Source: an uncultured delta proteobacterium (lineage in GTDB: Bacteria; Myxococcota_A; Polyangia; Polyangiales; JAFGIB01). From it: a stretch of 64,000 bases of DNA. The stretch spans positions 816,679 through 880,678 of the forward strand of contig CAVZVA010000005.1 of assembly GCA_963778655.1 (NCBI GenBank). Reading direction: 5' to 3'. The position numbers and the translations under genes were made by a program. Within the stretch, counting starts at the first letter, position 1; each line of letters begins with the position of its first letter. The notes below the pieces were generated by a model. The model saw only the letters and a program-made list of their open reading frames with translations. It was not told the DNA's origin and did not search any database. Shown piece after piece: positions 1 to 12,844 of the stretch.

Positions 1-2
1 CG

Positions 3-677
<675 letters not shown>

Positions 678-743
678 GCTAGCGTCTCGAGGCCTGCAAC
701 AGGAAGGCGGGAAGAAGAACCTCGTCTTGAGCTACGGCGCCCT

Positions 744-2183
<1,440 letters not shown>

Positions 2184-2195
2184 GCAGCCGATATA

Positions 2196-3362
2196 TCATT
2201 TCTGCGCGGGCGGTAGCAGTGAGCGGGCGCGGGCCGACACTGCCGGGATGCGCGCGGCGCGCTCCAGCAGAGCGCGTGCGTCAGACTCGCGGCCTTGTGC
2301 GCGGGCGCACTGCGCAAGCGCGATCAGCGCGGTCCCGGCCTCGCGGCTGGCCGGAGCGGCATCGACGACTCGACGGTAGAGGCTGCTGGCCGCGGCGCAG
2401 CCCTGCTTGCTCGAGACGCTGCGCGCGCTGTCGAGCAGGCTCTGCGCGCGGGCAGCTGGCGCGGCCGGCGCCGCTTCGGCGCGCTCGGCTGCCGGTGCGC
2501 TCGCGGCCGGCACTGCCAGTGCGCCTTCGCCGGGCTCCGCCAGCGCGTCGTCGGCTCGGGGCTCGGGGAAGGCTCGCGGGGTGGCCGCGATCGCCGCGCT
2601 CGGGCCGCCGCCAGCGTTGCTCGCGGGTGGTGTCGCCGCAGCCTTGGCCGCGGCCTTGGCGGGGGCCGCGCCGCTCGCGTATGCGCGCCCTTCGTTTGCG
2701 GCGCCGGCTTGGGGTGGCGGTGCGCCTGCGTAGGCGGATTCCGCGGGCGTGCGGGCGCGCTTGGCCGACGAGGCGTGCGCAGCTCGGTGCGGCGCGGCCG
2801 CGCTCCGCTCTGCCCGGGCTTGCAGCGCGGGAGCGGGCGCAGCCGGAGGCTCGGCGGCGGCCTTCTTCGCCTCCTCCTCGGCGAGCGGTGGCGCGGCCGG
2901 CTGCGTGGCCGACGCCGGCGCGGCCGCGGGCGCGCCCGGCGTCACCGGCGCGACCACCCGCTCGGCGCTGCGGCCGCCGCGGGTCGCTTGCCTGATCTCC
3001 GGCAGCGTCACCAGCGCCAGCAGCGCGATCAGCGCGCTCACTGTGACCATGCCGACCTGGCGTGCGGTCGCGATGCGGCTGGCCAGCTCGAGCAGCCGGC
3101 GCCACGGGCCCGGTCGCGCGGGCGCGCTGCCCGCGGCGCGCGCGTGCTGCTCGGCCAGCGCCAGCAGCCGCGCGCTGACCGCCGCCGGCGCTGGCTCGAG
3201 CGAGAGCTCACCGGCCGCGCGCAGGCCGGCGCGCAGGCGTTCGAAGTCGGCCCGGCACTCGGCACAGCCTTGCAGGTGCGCGCGCGCGTCCGTTTCGGCT
3301 TGCGGCTCGAGCTCGCCACAGGCGAGGTCCATCAACAGGGGCTGGCAGTCACGGCATTCCAT
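2196..3362 (-). CDS. Zinc-binding anti-sigma factor (zf-HC2) with TM segment, Ala/Pro linker and C-terminal TPR-like helices
   Basis: ATG at 3362 (MECRDC...), HLQGCAEC = HxxxCxxC motif, hydrophobic segment VGMVTVSALIALLALVTL; directly downstream of an ECF sigma gene. Confidence 0.85.
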   Translation of the reverse strand: MECRDCQPLLMDLACGELEPQAETDARAHLQGCAECRADFERLRAGLRAAGELSLEPAPAAVSARLLALAEQHARAAGSAPARPGPWRRLLELASRIATARQVGMVTVSALIALLALVTLPEIRQATRGGRSAERVVAPVTPGAPAAAPASATQPAAPPLAEEEAKKAAAEPPAAPAPALQARAERSAAAPHRAAHASSAKRARTPAESAYAGAPPPQAGAANEGRAYASGAAPAKAAAKAAATPPASNAGGGPSAAIAATPRAFPEPRADDALAEPGEGALAVPAASAPAAERAEAAPAAPAARAQSLLDSARSVSSKQGCAAASSLYRRVVDAAPASREAGTALIALAQCARAQGRESDARALLERAARIPAVSARARSLLPPAQK

Positions 3363-3366
3363 CGCT

Positions 3367-3981
3367 CTACACCGGCGCGCGGGCCTGCTCCTCGTAGTCC
3401 GCGAGCGCCGCCTGCAGGCGCTCGAGCGCATAGCGCATCCGGCTCTTGACGGTGTTCTCCGACGCGCCCACCACCTCGGCGATCTCGGCAAACGGCAGCT
3501 GCTGCAGCTGGCGCATCAAGAACACCTCGCGCTGATCGTGAGGCAATTGCTCGACCGCGTGCGCGATGCGGCCGCGCAGCCGCGTGGCCGCGGCGCTGCG
3601 CTCGCCGTTCGGCTCCTCCTTGGCGATGCGTTCCACCCAGGGCGCGCCACCTCCGCCGTCGGAGCCTGCGGATGCGTCGAGCGACGCGTGCCGGCGGTGC
3701 GACATGCGCCGCAGATGGTCGATGCACTGGTTGCGCGCGATTGCATACAGCCAAGTGGAGAACTTCGATCTTCGATCGAACTCGTGGCCACGCTCGATGA
3801 TGCGGGTGAAGACCTCCTGGAGCAGATCGGCTGCGGCTTCGGGATCGCGGACGGTGCGCAGGATGAAGTTGTAGACCGGACCCTGGTAGCGCTTGAGCAG
3901 CACGCCGAATGCGGCGGCGTCGCCGGCCGCGAAGCGGTCGAGCAGCTCGTCATCGGCCATGTCGATCGTCCCTGCGGCCAC
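3367..3981 (-). CDS. ECF RNA polymerase sigma factor
   Basis: AADLLQEVF and SKFSTWLYAIARNQCIDHLR (region 2); QREVFLMR...FAEIAEVVGASENTVKSRMRYA (region 4). Confidence 0.96.
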   Translation of the reverse strand: MAAGTIDMADDELLDRFAAGDAAAFGVLLKRYQGPVYNFILRTVRDPEAAADLLQEVFTRIIERGHEFDRRSKFSTWLYAIARNQCIDHLRRMSHRRHASLDASAGSDGGGGAPWVERIAKEEPNGERSAAATRLRGRIAHAVEQLPHDQREVFLMRQLQQLPFAEIAEVVGASENTVKSRMRYALERLQAALADYEEQARAPV

Positions 3982-4213
3982 CGAGGAAGCCCATCCCGGC
4001 GAGGCCGAAACCGTGTCCCGGCCCGATCACCATCCGCGCGTGCCGCCACCGAGTCCATTGGGATCAGACGTTCAGCGCCGCCGCTCGATCTAGCGCTCGG
4101 CGCCGAGGCGCACCGCCCGAGGTCTGCGATGGGGTCTGCACAAGGCGCCCTGGGGCATCCGTAATCCCGCGGTATTTCGGGAGCTTACGCAGGGGGGTGG
4201 AGGCCGCTTCGCG

Positions 4214-4242
4214 TTGACCCCTGGCACCCCCCTTGTTATAAC
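4214..4242 (+). promoter_or_regulatory. Sigma70-like promoter with an overlapping sigma54-like -24/-12 motif, upstream of the Glt-like operon
   Basis: TTGACC(4214-19)-N17-TATAAC(4237-42) with extended TGn; TGGCAC-N5-TTGT at 4222-4236. Confidence 0.55.
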
Positions 4243-4312
4243 GGCCCCGCATTCGACGACTGGACGTTCGATGGCACCGCAGCGAGCCCGCCGGAAGAGG
4301 GGATTGAGCACG

Positions 4313-5197
4313 ATGCACAGGCCGATGGCTATGTCCTTGTCTGTGGTTGTCCTGCTGTTGGCGGCAAGCAGCGTCGTCGCAGCCCAGTCGACCTCGGGCG
4401 CGGGCATTTCGCTCTCCACATCGGGCGCCGATGTGAAGGCAACGACTCAAGCCGCCGCGCCCGCGCCGAGCGCACCCACCACCAGCGCCGGCACCACCAG
4501 CACCGCCAAGGTCGCGGCGCCGGCCGCGGCCGCAGTGTCGAGCACCAGCGCTGCGGCCGCCGCGGCGCCAGCGGCCGAGCCTGCACCGGCCGCGCCCGCG
4601 AGCGCCGCGCAGCCGGCCCCGGTCGCCACAGCCGAGGCGCCGATGGATGCGGGCACCTACAGCGTGCGGCTGCGCGACCTCGAACAGCACGTCAACGAGC
4701 TCAAGGAGCAGATCTTCCGCTCCAAAGCGCGCCTGTCCCTGCTCGCCGAAACCGTGCTCCAGGGCGTGGTCGCCGGTGCCCAGGCGCACATCGTGCACGA
4801 GAACAAGATGGGTAACTCGTACAGCCTGGTGAAGGTGGTCTACGCGCTCGACGGCGCGCCCATCCTGACCAAGGAAGACGAGGAGGGCGGGCTCGGCGAT
4901 CAGGATCAGTTCGACGTGTACAACGGCAGCATGGTGCCGGGCGAGCACACGCTGACCGTCCAGCTCGAGTACCGCGGCCACGGCTACGGCATCTTCTCGT
5001 ACCTGAAGGGCTACCGCTTCAAGGTCACCTCCAGCCACACCTTCAACGCGGCCGAAGGCAAGGCCACGACCCTGCGCGTGGTGGGCTACGAGAAGGGTGG
5101 ACCGACGGCACCGCTCGAAGAGCGTCCGGCCGTCCGTTACGTCGAACGCGTGGACACGCCGTCTGCGCCCGCACAGGCAGTCGGGGGAGGCGAGTGA
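4313..5197 (+). CDS. Exported hypothetical protein, first gene of the Glt-like operon (signal peptide, Ala/Pro/Thr linker, coiled coil, beta-rich C-terminal domain)
   Basis: Hydrophobic N-terminus VVVLLLAASSVVAAQ; LRDLEQHVNELKEQI coiled coil; stop overlaps next start (GTGATG). Start uncertain. Confidence 0.75.
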   Translation: MHRPMAMSLSVVVLLLAASSVVAAQSTSGAGISLSTSGADVKATTQAAAPAPSAPTTSAGTTSTAKVAAPAAAAVSSTSAAAAAAPAAEPAPAAPASAAQPAPVATAEAPMDAGTYSVRLRDLEQHVNELKEQIFRSKARLSLLAETVLQGVVAGAQAHIVHENKMGNSYSLVKVVYALDGAPILTKEDEEGGLGDQDQFDVYNGSMVPGEHTLTVQLEYRGHGYGIFSYLKGYRFKVTSSHTFNAAEGKATTLRVVGYEKGGPTAPLEERPAVRYVERVDTPSAPAQAVGGGE

Positions 5198-7542
5198 TGC
5201 CACGGCAGCCCTGGCGGCTGCTGCTCGTCCCGTGGGTCGTGAGCCTGGCGTGCGCCGGAGCGGCACACGCGCAGAAGCTAGAGGACGTGAACCGGCAGCT
5301 CAGTGACGTCGAGGCCGCAGTCGCGCAGCTCCAGCACGCCCCGTTGCAGCGCGCGCAGCTGAACAGCCCGACCCACGTCGAGGAACGGCTGACCGACGGC
5401 GAGGTGTTCTTCCGGCTGCAGGACTACGTGCGCGCGAGCGTCATCTTCACGGACATCGTCGACAACTACCCGCAGCATCGAGCCTATCCGGACGCGCTGT
5501 TTCTGCTGGCCGAGTCGCTGTTCAAGGCCGGCGATTACCTGGGCGCGCGCGAGCGTTACCGCACCGTGATCGATCACGCGGACCAGACCGCCTTCGGCCC
5601 TTACGTGCAGCGCTCGCTCGGCCGCCTGATCGAGATCGCGATCCACACCCAGGACTTCGACGGCGTCGAGGGCTATTTCACACGCCTGAGCAAGCTGCCG
5701 CCCTCCGAGGTCGAGGCCGCCACCAACTACTTCCGGGCCAAGTACCTCTACAGCCTCGCCACCCACGAGCAGGTGGGCGCCAAGGAGGAGCTGGCGGCAG
5801 GCCAGGTCGACGCGGACAAGCTGGAGCAGGCTCGCATGGCCTTCGAGGCGGTGGCGCAGCGCAGCCCGTACTACGCCCAGGCGCGCTACTTCATCGGCGT
5901 CGTCTACGTGCTGCGCGGCCAGCCCGACGCCGCCATCGAAGCGTTCCGGCGGGTCGCCGCGCTGCAGCCGGCCAACGAGGACGAGCGCCGCGTGGTGGAT
6001 CTCGCCCAGCTCGCGATCGGGCGCCTGCGCTACGAGCACGATCAGCTCGATCAGGCGATCGAGGCCTACCAGCGCGTGCCCAGCAGCTCACCTCTGTTCG
6101 ACACGGCGCTGTACGAGATCGCCTGGGTGTACATCCGCATGGGCGATTCCACGCGCGCCAGCCGCGCGCTCGAGGTGATGAGCGTCGCTGCGCCCAACAG
6201 CCGGCACATTCCAGACGGCGAGCTGCTGCGCGGCAACCTGCTGCTGCGAGACGGCAACTTCAAGGGCGCCACCAACGCCTTCGAGGGCGTCTCCGGGCAG
6301 TTCGAGCCGGTGCGCGCGGAGCTGGACAAAGTGCTGGCTGAGCACGAGGACGCCCAGGCCTACTTCAAGCAGCTGGTGCGCGACAACTTGCAGGTGTTCG
6401 ACGCCAGCGCCTTCCTGCCGCCCTCCGCGCTGCGCTGGGTCCAGGTAGACGGCGAAATGCAGCGCGCGATGAACACGCTCTCCGACCTCAGCCAGGCCCA
6501 CAAGCTGGTCGACGAGACCGAGAGCATCGTGACCCGCCTGGGCGGCGCGCTCTCCTCCCCAAACCCGGTCAACGTATTTCGCGATCTGCGCGCCGATCGC
6601 GAGCAGAGCGAGGCGCTGCGCAACCGCCTGGCTCGCGTGCGCAAGGATCTGATCGCGATCGACCAGAAGAACACCAAGCAGTTCGGCAGCGCCGAGCTGA
6701 CCCAGGTGCGCAGCCGTCGCCACGAGCTGGAGAGCAGCCTGGCCGGCACTCCGACCGGGGAAGCCGACATTCAGAAGCGCACGGCGAGCGTGGTCAAGCA
6801 GTACGATGACCTGAGCAAGCAGCTCAATCAGCTACAGGTCTCGCTGATGGGCATGGAGGCCCGCATCACCGCCACCGATCGCTTCATGAGCGACACCGCC
6901 AAAGGGCGCGACCCCCAGGCCGTCGCCGCGGTCCGCGCCGAGCTCGACACGCAGAAGAAAGCGGTCGCGGACTACCGCAAGCAGATCAAGAATCTCGGGC
7001 TGCAGATCGAGACCGGGCGCATGCAGGTCGGCGTGGGCGACCAGGACTTTCAACGCGACGACAGCCTGCGGGCCGAGTACGCGCAGGTCGTGGCCCGCGA
7101 GCGCGAGATTCTCAAGTCGCTGGGCGCGCAGCCCGACCCACAGGTCGACGCGGCCTTCCGCCGGCTGGCGGCCGCCGACGGATCGCTCGACCAGCATGAC
7201 CACGACGTCGACACGATCGTGACGGCGCGCATCGCGGACATGCGCAAGGTGCTCGATGAGGAGAGCGCCAAGCTCGGCGGTTACCGTACCCAGCTGGCCG
7301 CGCTCGAGGGCCAGAGCGAAGACGTGGTGGGTGGTATCGCGCTCGACAACTTCCACAAAGTGCGCCAGCGCTTCTACGACCTGGTGCTGCGCGCCGACGT
7401 GGGCATGATCGACGTCTCGTGGGCCGTGCGCGAGGAGCACCGCGTGCGTGGCGAGACTCTCACGCGCGAGCGCGCGAGCGCGCTCAAGGCGCTGGACGAC
7501 GAGTACCGGGACATCATGGACCAGAAGGAGACGCCCCAGTGA
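5194..7542 (+). CDS. Periplasmic TPR protein with coiled-coil C-terminus, GltC-like
   Basis: Signal peptide ending AAHA; BamD/YfiO-like TPRs (YPDALFLLAESLF, ARYFIGVVY, ALYEIAWVY); position before GltD/E/F/G-like genes. Alternative ATG at 5197. Confidence 0.7.
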   Translation: MMPRQPWRLLLVPWVVSLACAGAAHAQKLEDVNRQLSDVEAAVAQLQHAPLQRAQLNSPTHVEERLTDGEVFFRLQDYVRASVIFTDIVDNYPQHRAYPDALFLLAESLFKAGDYLGARERYRTVIDHADQTAFGPYVQRSLGRLIEIAIHTQDFDGVEGYFTRLSKLPPSEVEAATNYFRAKYLYSLATHEQVGAKEELAAGQVDADKLEQARMAFEAVAQRSPYYAQARYFIGVVYVLRGQPDAAIEAFRRVAALQPANEDERRVVDLAQLAIGRLRYEHDQLDQAIEAYQRVPSSSPLFDTALYEIAWVYIRMGDSTRASRALEVMSVAAPNSRHIPDGELLRGNLLLRDGNFKGATNAFEGVSGQFEPVRAELDKVLAEHEDAQAYFKQLVRDNLQVFDASAFLPPSALRWVQVDGEMQRAMNTLSDLSQAHKLVDETESIVTRLGGALSSPNPVNVFRDLRADREQSEALRNRLARVRKDLIAIDQKNTKQFGSAELTQVRSRRHELESSLAGTPTGEADIQKRTASVVKQYDDLSKQLNQLQVSLMGMEARITATDRFMSDTAKGRDPQAVAAVRAELDTQKKAVADYRKQIKNLGLQIETGRMQVGVGDQDFQRDDSLRAEYAQVVAREREILKSLGAQPDPQVDAAFRRLAAADGSLDQHDHDVDTIVTARIADMRKVLDEESAKLGGYRTQLAALEGQSEDVVGGIALDNFHKVRQRFYDLVLRADVGMIDVSWAVREEHRVRGETLTRERASALKALDDEYRDIMDQKETPQ

Positions 7543-10500
7543 CGCGGCCGCGCCTGGCTGCTCTGGCGCCGTGGCTGGCCGGCGCTGCCCTGCTGCTGCC
7601 AGCGGCGGTGCGCGCCGAGGGCGCTGGCCAGCCGGGCTGGCTCAGCGTCCAGACCGGCGGCTCCAAGGGGCCCGCCTTCCTGCAGGCGATCGACACCCGC
7701 ATTCAGGACGACCGCCCGCCGCCGAGCGCGGAGCAAGTCGCCGCGCTCAAGCAAATGGAGTCCGAGCTCGCCGGCTTCAACCGCGCCGGCGCCGGCTATC
7801 GGGACACCATCGTGTCGCTGCTCAAGCGCCAGTACGAGCGCCAGAAGCACGATCGCGAGGCGCTCTATTCCAGCCAGATCACCTATGAGGAGAAGCTCGA
7901 GGACAAGGCGCGCCTGGACGCGATCGCCGTGTTCGAGCGCTTCATCGCCAAGTATCCCAACGACCCGACCTACGCGCCGGACGCGATGTTCCGCCTGGGC
8001 GAGCTGTACTTCGAGCGCGACGCGATCGCCCAGCAGAACGAGATGAACGCTTACCTGGCGGAGCGCGACCGGCGCTTGACCACCGGGCAGTCGACCGACG
8101 ACCTGCAGGAGCCGCACAAGGACTACTCGGCGACGATCGACATCTACCGCCGGCTGGCCCAGACCTTCCCCAAGTACGACAAGCTCGACGGCGTCTACTA
8201 CCTGATCGGCTACTGCCACAACGAGATGGGCCAGTCCGACATCGCGCGCATGGCGTGGCTCAACCTGGTTTGCGCGAACCACTACACGTACACCGGCGAG
8301 GCCCCGCCCAAGGAAGTGGACACGGCGGTCGACGAACGCGCCAAGGAGCACCCTGCGCTCACGCTGCAAACGGGCAAGAAGGCCGCCTCGCCGGCCGCCT
8401 CGCCGTTCGTCGACTCCTATGCCGACTGCGAGCCGGCGGTCAAGGACTCGAAGTTCTGGGCCGAAACCTGGCTGCGCATCGGCGAGTACCACTTCGACTT
8501 CGACTTCACCAAGGACGGCCTCAACAAGGCCATCAGCGCCTACAGCAAGGTTCTGCAGCGCCCCGACGACCGCAACTACAACCTCGCGCTCTACAAGGTC
8601 GCCTGGACCTACTACCGCGCCAGCCGCTACCCGGAGGCGATGGAGAACTTCTGGAAGCTGGTGCAGTGGTCGGACGACGAGCGCAAGCGCACCGGCAAGG
8701 GCTCGGAGCTGCGCGACGAGGCGATCCAATACCTCGCGATCGGCTTCGGCTACGATGACTGGAACGAGAACCAGATCTCGGATCCGAACGAGGGGATGCC
8801 GCGCGGTATCGATCGCCTGCAGGACCCCAAGCTCATGCCGCAGGATCGACCCTGGACCTCCGAGGTCTACTTCCGGCTCGGCTACGTCTACTTCGACGAG
8901 GCCAAGTATCCGGAGGCGATCGAGGTCTGGAAGCTGGCGCTCAAGCGCTGGCCGATGGACCCGCAAGCCCCCGAGGTGCAGAACCAGATCGCCATCGCCT
9001 ACTCGAGGCACAACGACCAGGAGGAGGCGATCGCGGCGCGAGCCAAGCTCAGCGACTACATCGAGGGCTCCGACTGGTGGGAAGGGAACAAGGACCACCC
9101 GGTCGAGCAGCGCCACGCCGAGCAACTCGCCGAGGATGCGCTGATCAACGCGGCCGTAGGCCATCACCAGACCGCGCAGAGCCTGCGCCGGCGCTGCGTG
9201 GACCAGCAGGAGCCCGATCTGTGCACCGAAGCCCAGAAGGAGTACGGCCTGGCGGCGCTGGCCTACCGCGGCTACATCCAGCACTACCCCAACAGCCCGG
9301 AAGCCTACGAGCTCAACTACAACCTGGCCGACGCGCTGTACTGGTCGGAGAACTACGAAGAGTCGGCCAAGGAGTACGCCGCCGTACGCGACTCCAACCT
9401 CGACGACAAGTACCTGTCGGTCGCGGCGCGCCTGACGGTCGAGTCGATCAAGCGCTTGGTGGAGAAGAAGCAGGCCAGCGGCGAGCTGCAGGTCCGCACC
9501 GACCCGCCGGTACCGCAGGGCACCCCGCCCAAGGTGACTCCGATCGAGCCCCCGGAGCTGCTGCAGCGGTTGGCCCAGGCTCGCGAGATGTACCTGGCGC
9601 GCGTCGACACCGCGCACGACACCGAGAAGGTGCGCGACTCGTACTTCTACAACAACACCCTGCTGCTCTACCTTTACGGCTACTGGGACCTGTCGCGCGA
9701 GCGCTTCTGGGCCGAGTTCACCGGTCACTGCAGCGGGCCGAACGCGCAGCAGAGCGGACAGGTGGCCTGGCTCAACCTGCGCAACATGGCGGTGGCCCTG
9801 AGCGAGACCGACGAGGTGCGCGCCCTCGGCTCCGAGCTGCAGACGCGCAAGTGCACCTTCTCGCCCAGCGGTACGGCCGTGGCCGCGGTCGATTGCAGCA
9901 AGCCCGAGAACAAGACCGCGCCGATGTGCGTCGCGGGCCAGGACCTGACCAACATGCGCTACCGCGACGCGGTGGACATCTTCAACCGCGCCGAGCAGGC
10001 GACGGGTGATCAACAGCGCTTGCTGTACGAGCAGGCGGCCAGCGAGCTGGTCAAGGCGGTCAACGAGGAACCCAACCACCCCCAGGCGCCGCTGGCCCTG
10101 GAAAAGGCGGCCATCGCGCTCGAGCGCACCAGCCGCTTCGAGTCGGCCGGGCGCCTCTACCAGCGCATCATCGACGAGGTCGGTCCGCGCAAGGGCGCCA
10201 ACGACGAGGAGCAGAAGTCGCTCGATGCGATCCTCGCGAACGCCTACTTCCGCCTGGCGTACAACGCCAATCGCTTCTTCGACTTCGATCGCGCGGTGGA
10301 AAACTACCGCGTGCTGGCCGACTCGGATCGCTTCGCCAAGTCCACCGATCCGCAGATGGCCGAATGGCGAGAGGGCGCGCTAATCAACGCCGCGAAGATC
10401 CTCGAGTACCAGCAGCAGTACGCGCGCGCCGCCGACTACTACAGCCGGGCCGCCGACATCCTGCGCGACCCCAACGAGCAGCGGGCGGCGCGCTACAAGG

Positions 10501-11387
10501 TGGCCGAGATGGCGTTCAAGCTCCAGCAGTGGAGCAAGGCCGTCACCGACCTGCGCGCCTTCATCTCGCGCTACCAGAGCGACAAGGCGGCCGGCGAGCA
10601 GATCGTGCAGGCGTACGCGCGGATTGCCGAGGCGCGCAAGGCGCAGGGCTCGCCCAAGGACTACCGGGCCGCGCGCAATGACGTGATCACGGGCTTCGCG
10701 CGCTCCGGCCAGGCTCCCGGCTCCTACGCCGCCGAATACGCCGCCAGCGCGCAGTTCGAGCAGATCGACGAGTCCAGCCACGACTTCGACAACTTCGCGA
10801 TCAAGCCCGGCAAGCCCGCCACCCTCGACGCATACGTCAAGGGCGTGGCCAGCCAGATCGGCGTCGGCAGCCGCGAAGCCAAGAGCAAGGCGGAGGCCTA
10901 CAACGTGGTGCCCACCTATCGCCGCCCGACCTGGACGATCGCGGCGTTCGTGCGCCAAGGTCGCATCTACGAGATCCTGGCCAAGGCGGTGTTGAACACG
11001 CCGTTCGTGGTCCCGGCCGACCTGCAAAAGAAGATGAAGGGACTTCCCCCGGACTCGCAAGACGAGATCAAGGGACAGGTCGAGGACGCGATCCACCAGC
11101 TGCTGGACACCCAGGTGCGACCGATCGAGTGTCTGGCCGTGGGCCGCTACGCGCTCGCTGCCCGCGCTGCGCGTGCGGGCAGCATCGACAACGACTACAC
11201 GCGCGAGGCGTTCGACCGCATCAATGCGTACGGCGACGAGCGCATCGCCGAGTGCATCGCGCAGGTCGCGGCGAAGGACACGACTTTCCAGGCGTATCAG
11301 CCCGGCGAGTTCAAGCGCGCCGCGCGCGGCATGGATCTCACGATGAAGGCGGGCGTCGCCCCGCCGCCGCTGGCAGGTGGGCAATGA
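7539..11387 (+). CDS. Large periplasmic TPR protein, GltD/AgmU-like (about 1282 aa)
   Basis: GTG overlapping upstream TGA; signal peptide ending AVRA; many TPRs (PDAMFRLGELYFE, LALYKVAWTYYR, ELRDEAIQYLA); size and gene order fit gltD. Confidence 0.78.
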   Translation: MTRPRLAALAPWLAGAALLLPAAVRAEGAGQPGWLSVQTGGSKGPAFLQAIDTRIQDDRPPPSAEQVAALKQMESELAGFNRAGAGYRDTIVSLLKRQYERQKHDREALYSSQITYEEKLEDKARLDAIAVFERFIAKYPNDPTYAPDAMFRLGELYFERDAIAQQNEMNAYLAERDRRLTTGQSTDDLQEPHKDYSATIDIYRRLAQTFPKYDKLDGVYYLIGYCHNEMGQSDIARMAWLNLVCANHYTYTGEAPPKEVDTAVDERAKEHPALTLQTGKKAASPAASPFVDSYADCEPAVKDSKFWAETWLRIGEYHFDFDFTKDGLNKAISAYSKVLQRPDDRNYNLALYKVAWTYYRASRYPEAMENFWKLVQWSDDERKRTGKGSELRDEAIQYLAIGFGYDDWNENQISDPNEGMPRGIDRLQDPKLMPQDRPWTSEVYFRLGYVYFDEAKYPEAIEVWKLALKRWPMDPQAPEVQNQIAIAYSRHNDQEEAIAARAKLSDYIEGSDWWEGNKDHPVEQRHAEQLAEDALINAAVGHHQTAQSLRRRCVDQQEPDLCTEAQKEYGLAALAYRGYIQHYPNSPEAYELNYNLADALYWSENYEESAKEYAAVRDSNLDDKYLSVAARLTVESIKRLVEKKQASGELQVRTDPPVPQGTPPKVTPIEPPELLQRLAQAREMYLARVDTAHDTEKVRDSYFYNNTLLLYLYGYWDLSRERFWAEFTGHCSGPNAQQSGQVAWLNLRNMAVALSETDEVRALGSELQTRKCTFSPSGTAVAAVDCSKPENKTAPMCVAGQDLTNMRYRDAVDIFNRAEQATGDQQRLLYEQAASELVKAVNEEPNHPQAPLALEKAAIALERTSRFESAGRLYQRIIDEVGPRKGANDEEQKSLDAILANAYFRLAYNANRFFDFDRAVENYRVLADSDRFAKSTDPQMAEWREGALINAAKILEYQQQYARAADYYSRAADILRDPNEQRAARYKVAEMAFKLQQWSKAVTDLRAFISRYQSDKAAGEQIVQAYARIAEARKAQGSPKDYRAARNDVITGFARSGQAPGSYAAEYAASAQFEQIDESSHDFDNFAIKPGKPATLDAYVKGVASQIGVGSREAKSKAEAYNVVPTYRRPTWTIAAFVRQGRIYEILAKAVLNTPFVVPADLQKKMKGLPPDSQDEIKGQVEDAIHQLLDTQVRPIECLAVGRYALAARAARAGSIDNDYTREAFDRINAYGDERIAECIAQVAAKDTTFQAYQPGEFKRAARGMDLTMKAGVAPPPLAGGQ

Positions 11388-12844
11388 GCGCGCGCGCGCC
11401 GTGGCTGAGCTGGCCGCTGTCGATCGCCCTTGCGCTGGCGTGCGGCTGCTCCAAGAAGGTGCAGGTCGGCACTGGTGGCGAGGGCGAGCAGGCGACCAGC
11501 GGCGGCGACTTCGGGGACGAGGAAGGCCTCGCCAAGAAGATGCCGGGCGGGGCAGCCGGGACGCCCCAGGCCCAGGCTGCGGCCAAGAAGACGGAGACCC
11601 ACGATTACCGGCCCAAGCTCGCGCCCGCGCCCGAGGTTCAGGCCAAGCACGAGCCGCCCCCGCCGCCCAGCGGGCCCAGCCCCTGGGGCGCGCCGGACGC
11701 AGAGAGCGGGCGGCCGCTGCCGCCGCGGCCCAAGATGAACGCCGCCGCAGCCAAGGCCTACGCGCAGGGCGTGGCCGCCGCGGGCAAGGGCGACAACGCG
11801 GCCGCCAGGACGGCCTTCGAGCAGGCGCTGGCCGCGGATCCGCGGGCTTACGAGGCGGCCTACAACCTCGGCATCATCGCCGACCGCCAAGGGCAGACCA
11901 ACCAGGCGCTGCAGTACTTTGCACGCGCGCTCAAGATTCAGCCGGACTACGAGGACGCCGTGGACGCCGAGGTCGCGATCGACGTGAGACAGGGCAGGGC
12001 GGACCTCGCGGTGAGCGCAGCGCAACCGGTCGCGACGCAGTGGGAGCGCAACCTGTACCTGCAAGCGATCCTCGCCCACGCGCTGGTCCAGGCCAATCGC
12101 CTGGACGAGGCGGAGCAGGCTGCGCGCAAGGCGCTGCAGCGCGACGAGCGCTTCGTGCCCGCGATGGTGGCTCTGGCCGAAGCGAGCATGCAGCGCGGCC
12201 GGATGGAGCTGGCCGACTCGATCCTGGAGCAGGCGCTCGCAATCGATCCCAAGTATCCCGAGATCTACTTTCTGCAGGGCAAGCGCCACCAGCAAGAGGG
12301 CCGCTCGGCCCAGGCGCTGACCGCCTACAGCAAAGCGGTGGAGCTGCGGCCCGAGTATGCCGAAGCGCGCATGGCGCTGGGCATTCAGTACATGGCCGCC
12401 GGCAACTACGCGCTGGCGCTCGAGCAGTTCGAGACGCTCGCGCGCCTGACCCCCACGCTCGTCGCCGTGCACGTGAACCTGGGCGATGCCTATCGCGCCA
12501 ACCGGCGCTGGCAGGACGCCAAGCGCGAGCTCGATCAGGCCTTGCGCATGCAGAGCCCGCTGCCCGAGGCGCACTTCAACATGGCGCTGCTCTACATGGA
12601 CGCGGGCGCGGACTTCCCGGGTTTGCAGCTGCTCGATACGCTGCAGCGCGCCGTGCTCGAGTTTACCAGCTACCGCGAACAGATGGGCTCGCGGCTGACT
12701 AAGGACGACAGCTCGGCGGGCTACATCGCCGATTTGCAGCGGCAGATTGACCGCGAGCGCAAGCGTATCGAGCGTGAGGCCGCGCAGAAGAAGACCGAAG
12801 CCGAGCGCGCGGCCCGCGCCGCGCCGGCCGCAGGAGGCAAGTGA
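11384..12844 (+). CDS. TPR lipoprotein, GltE/AglT-like
   Basis: ATGA overlap; lipobox-like ALALACGC; consecutive TPRs (AAYNLGII, VHVNLGDAYR, AHFNMALLY). Confidence 0.78.
   Translation: MSARAPWLSWPLSIALALACGCSKKVQVGTGGEGEQATSGGDFGDEEGLAKKMPGGAAGTPQAQAAAKKTETHDYRPKLAPAPEVQAKHEPPPPPSGPSPWGAPDAESGRPLPPRPKMNAAAAKAYAQGVAAAGKGDNAAARTAFEQALAADPRAYEAAYNLGIIADRQGQTNQALQYFARALKIQPDYEDAVDAEVAIDVRQGRADLAVSAAQPVATQWERNLYLQAILAHALVQANRLDEAEQAARKALQRDERFVPAMVALAEASMQRGRMELADSILEQALAIDPKYPEIYFLQGKRHQQEGRSAQALTAYSKAVELRPEYAEARMALGIQYMAAGNYALALEQFETLARLTPTLVAVHVNLGDAYRANRRWQDAKRELDQALRMQSPLPEAHFNMALLYMDAGADFPGLQLLDTLQRAVLEFTSYREQMGSRLTKDDSSAGYIADLQRQIDRERKRIEREAAQKKTEAERAARAAPAAGGK

Noticed and set aside
7374..10079. 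901-aa minus-strand ORF and similar long antisense ORFs (13414-15561, 32649-34808, 47142-49568)
   Set aside because: Shadows of well-supported genes on the opposite strand; expected at high GC, with no recognisable motifs.
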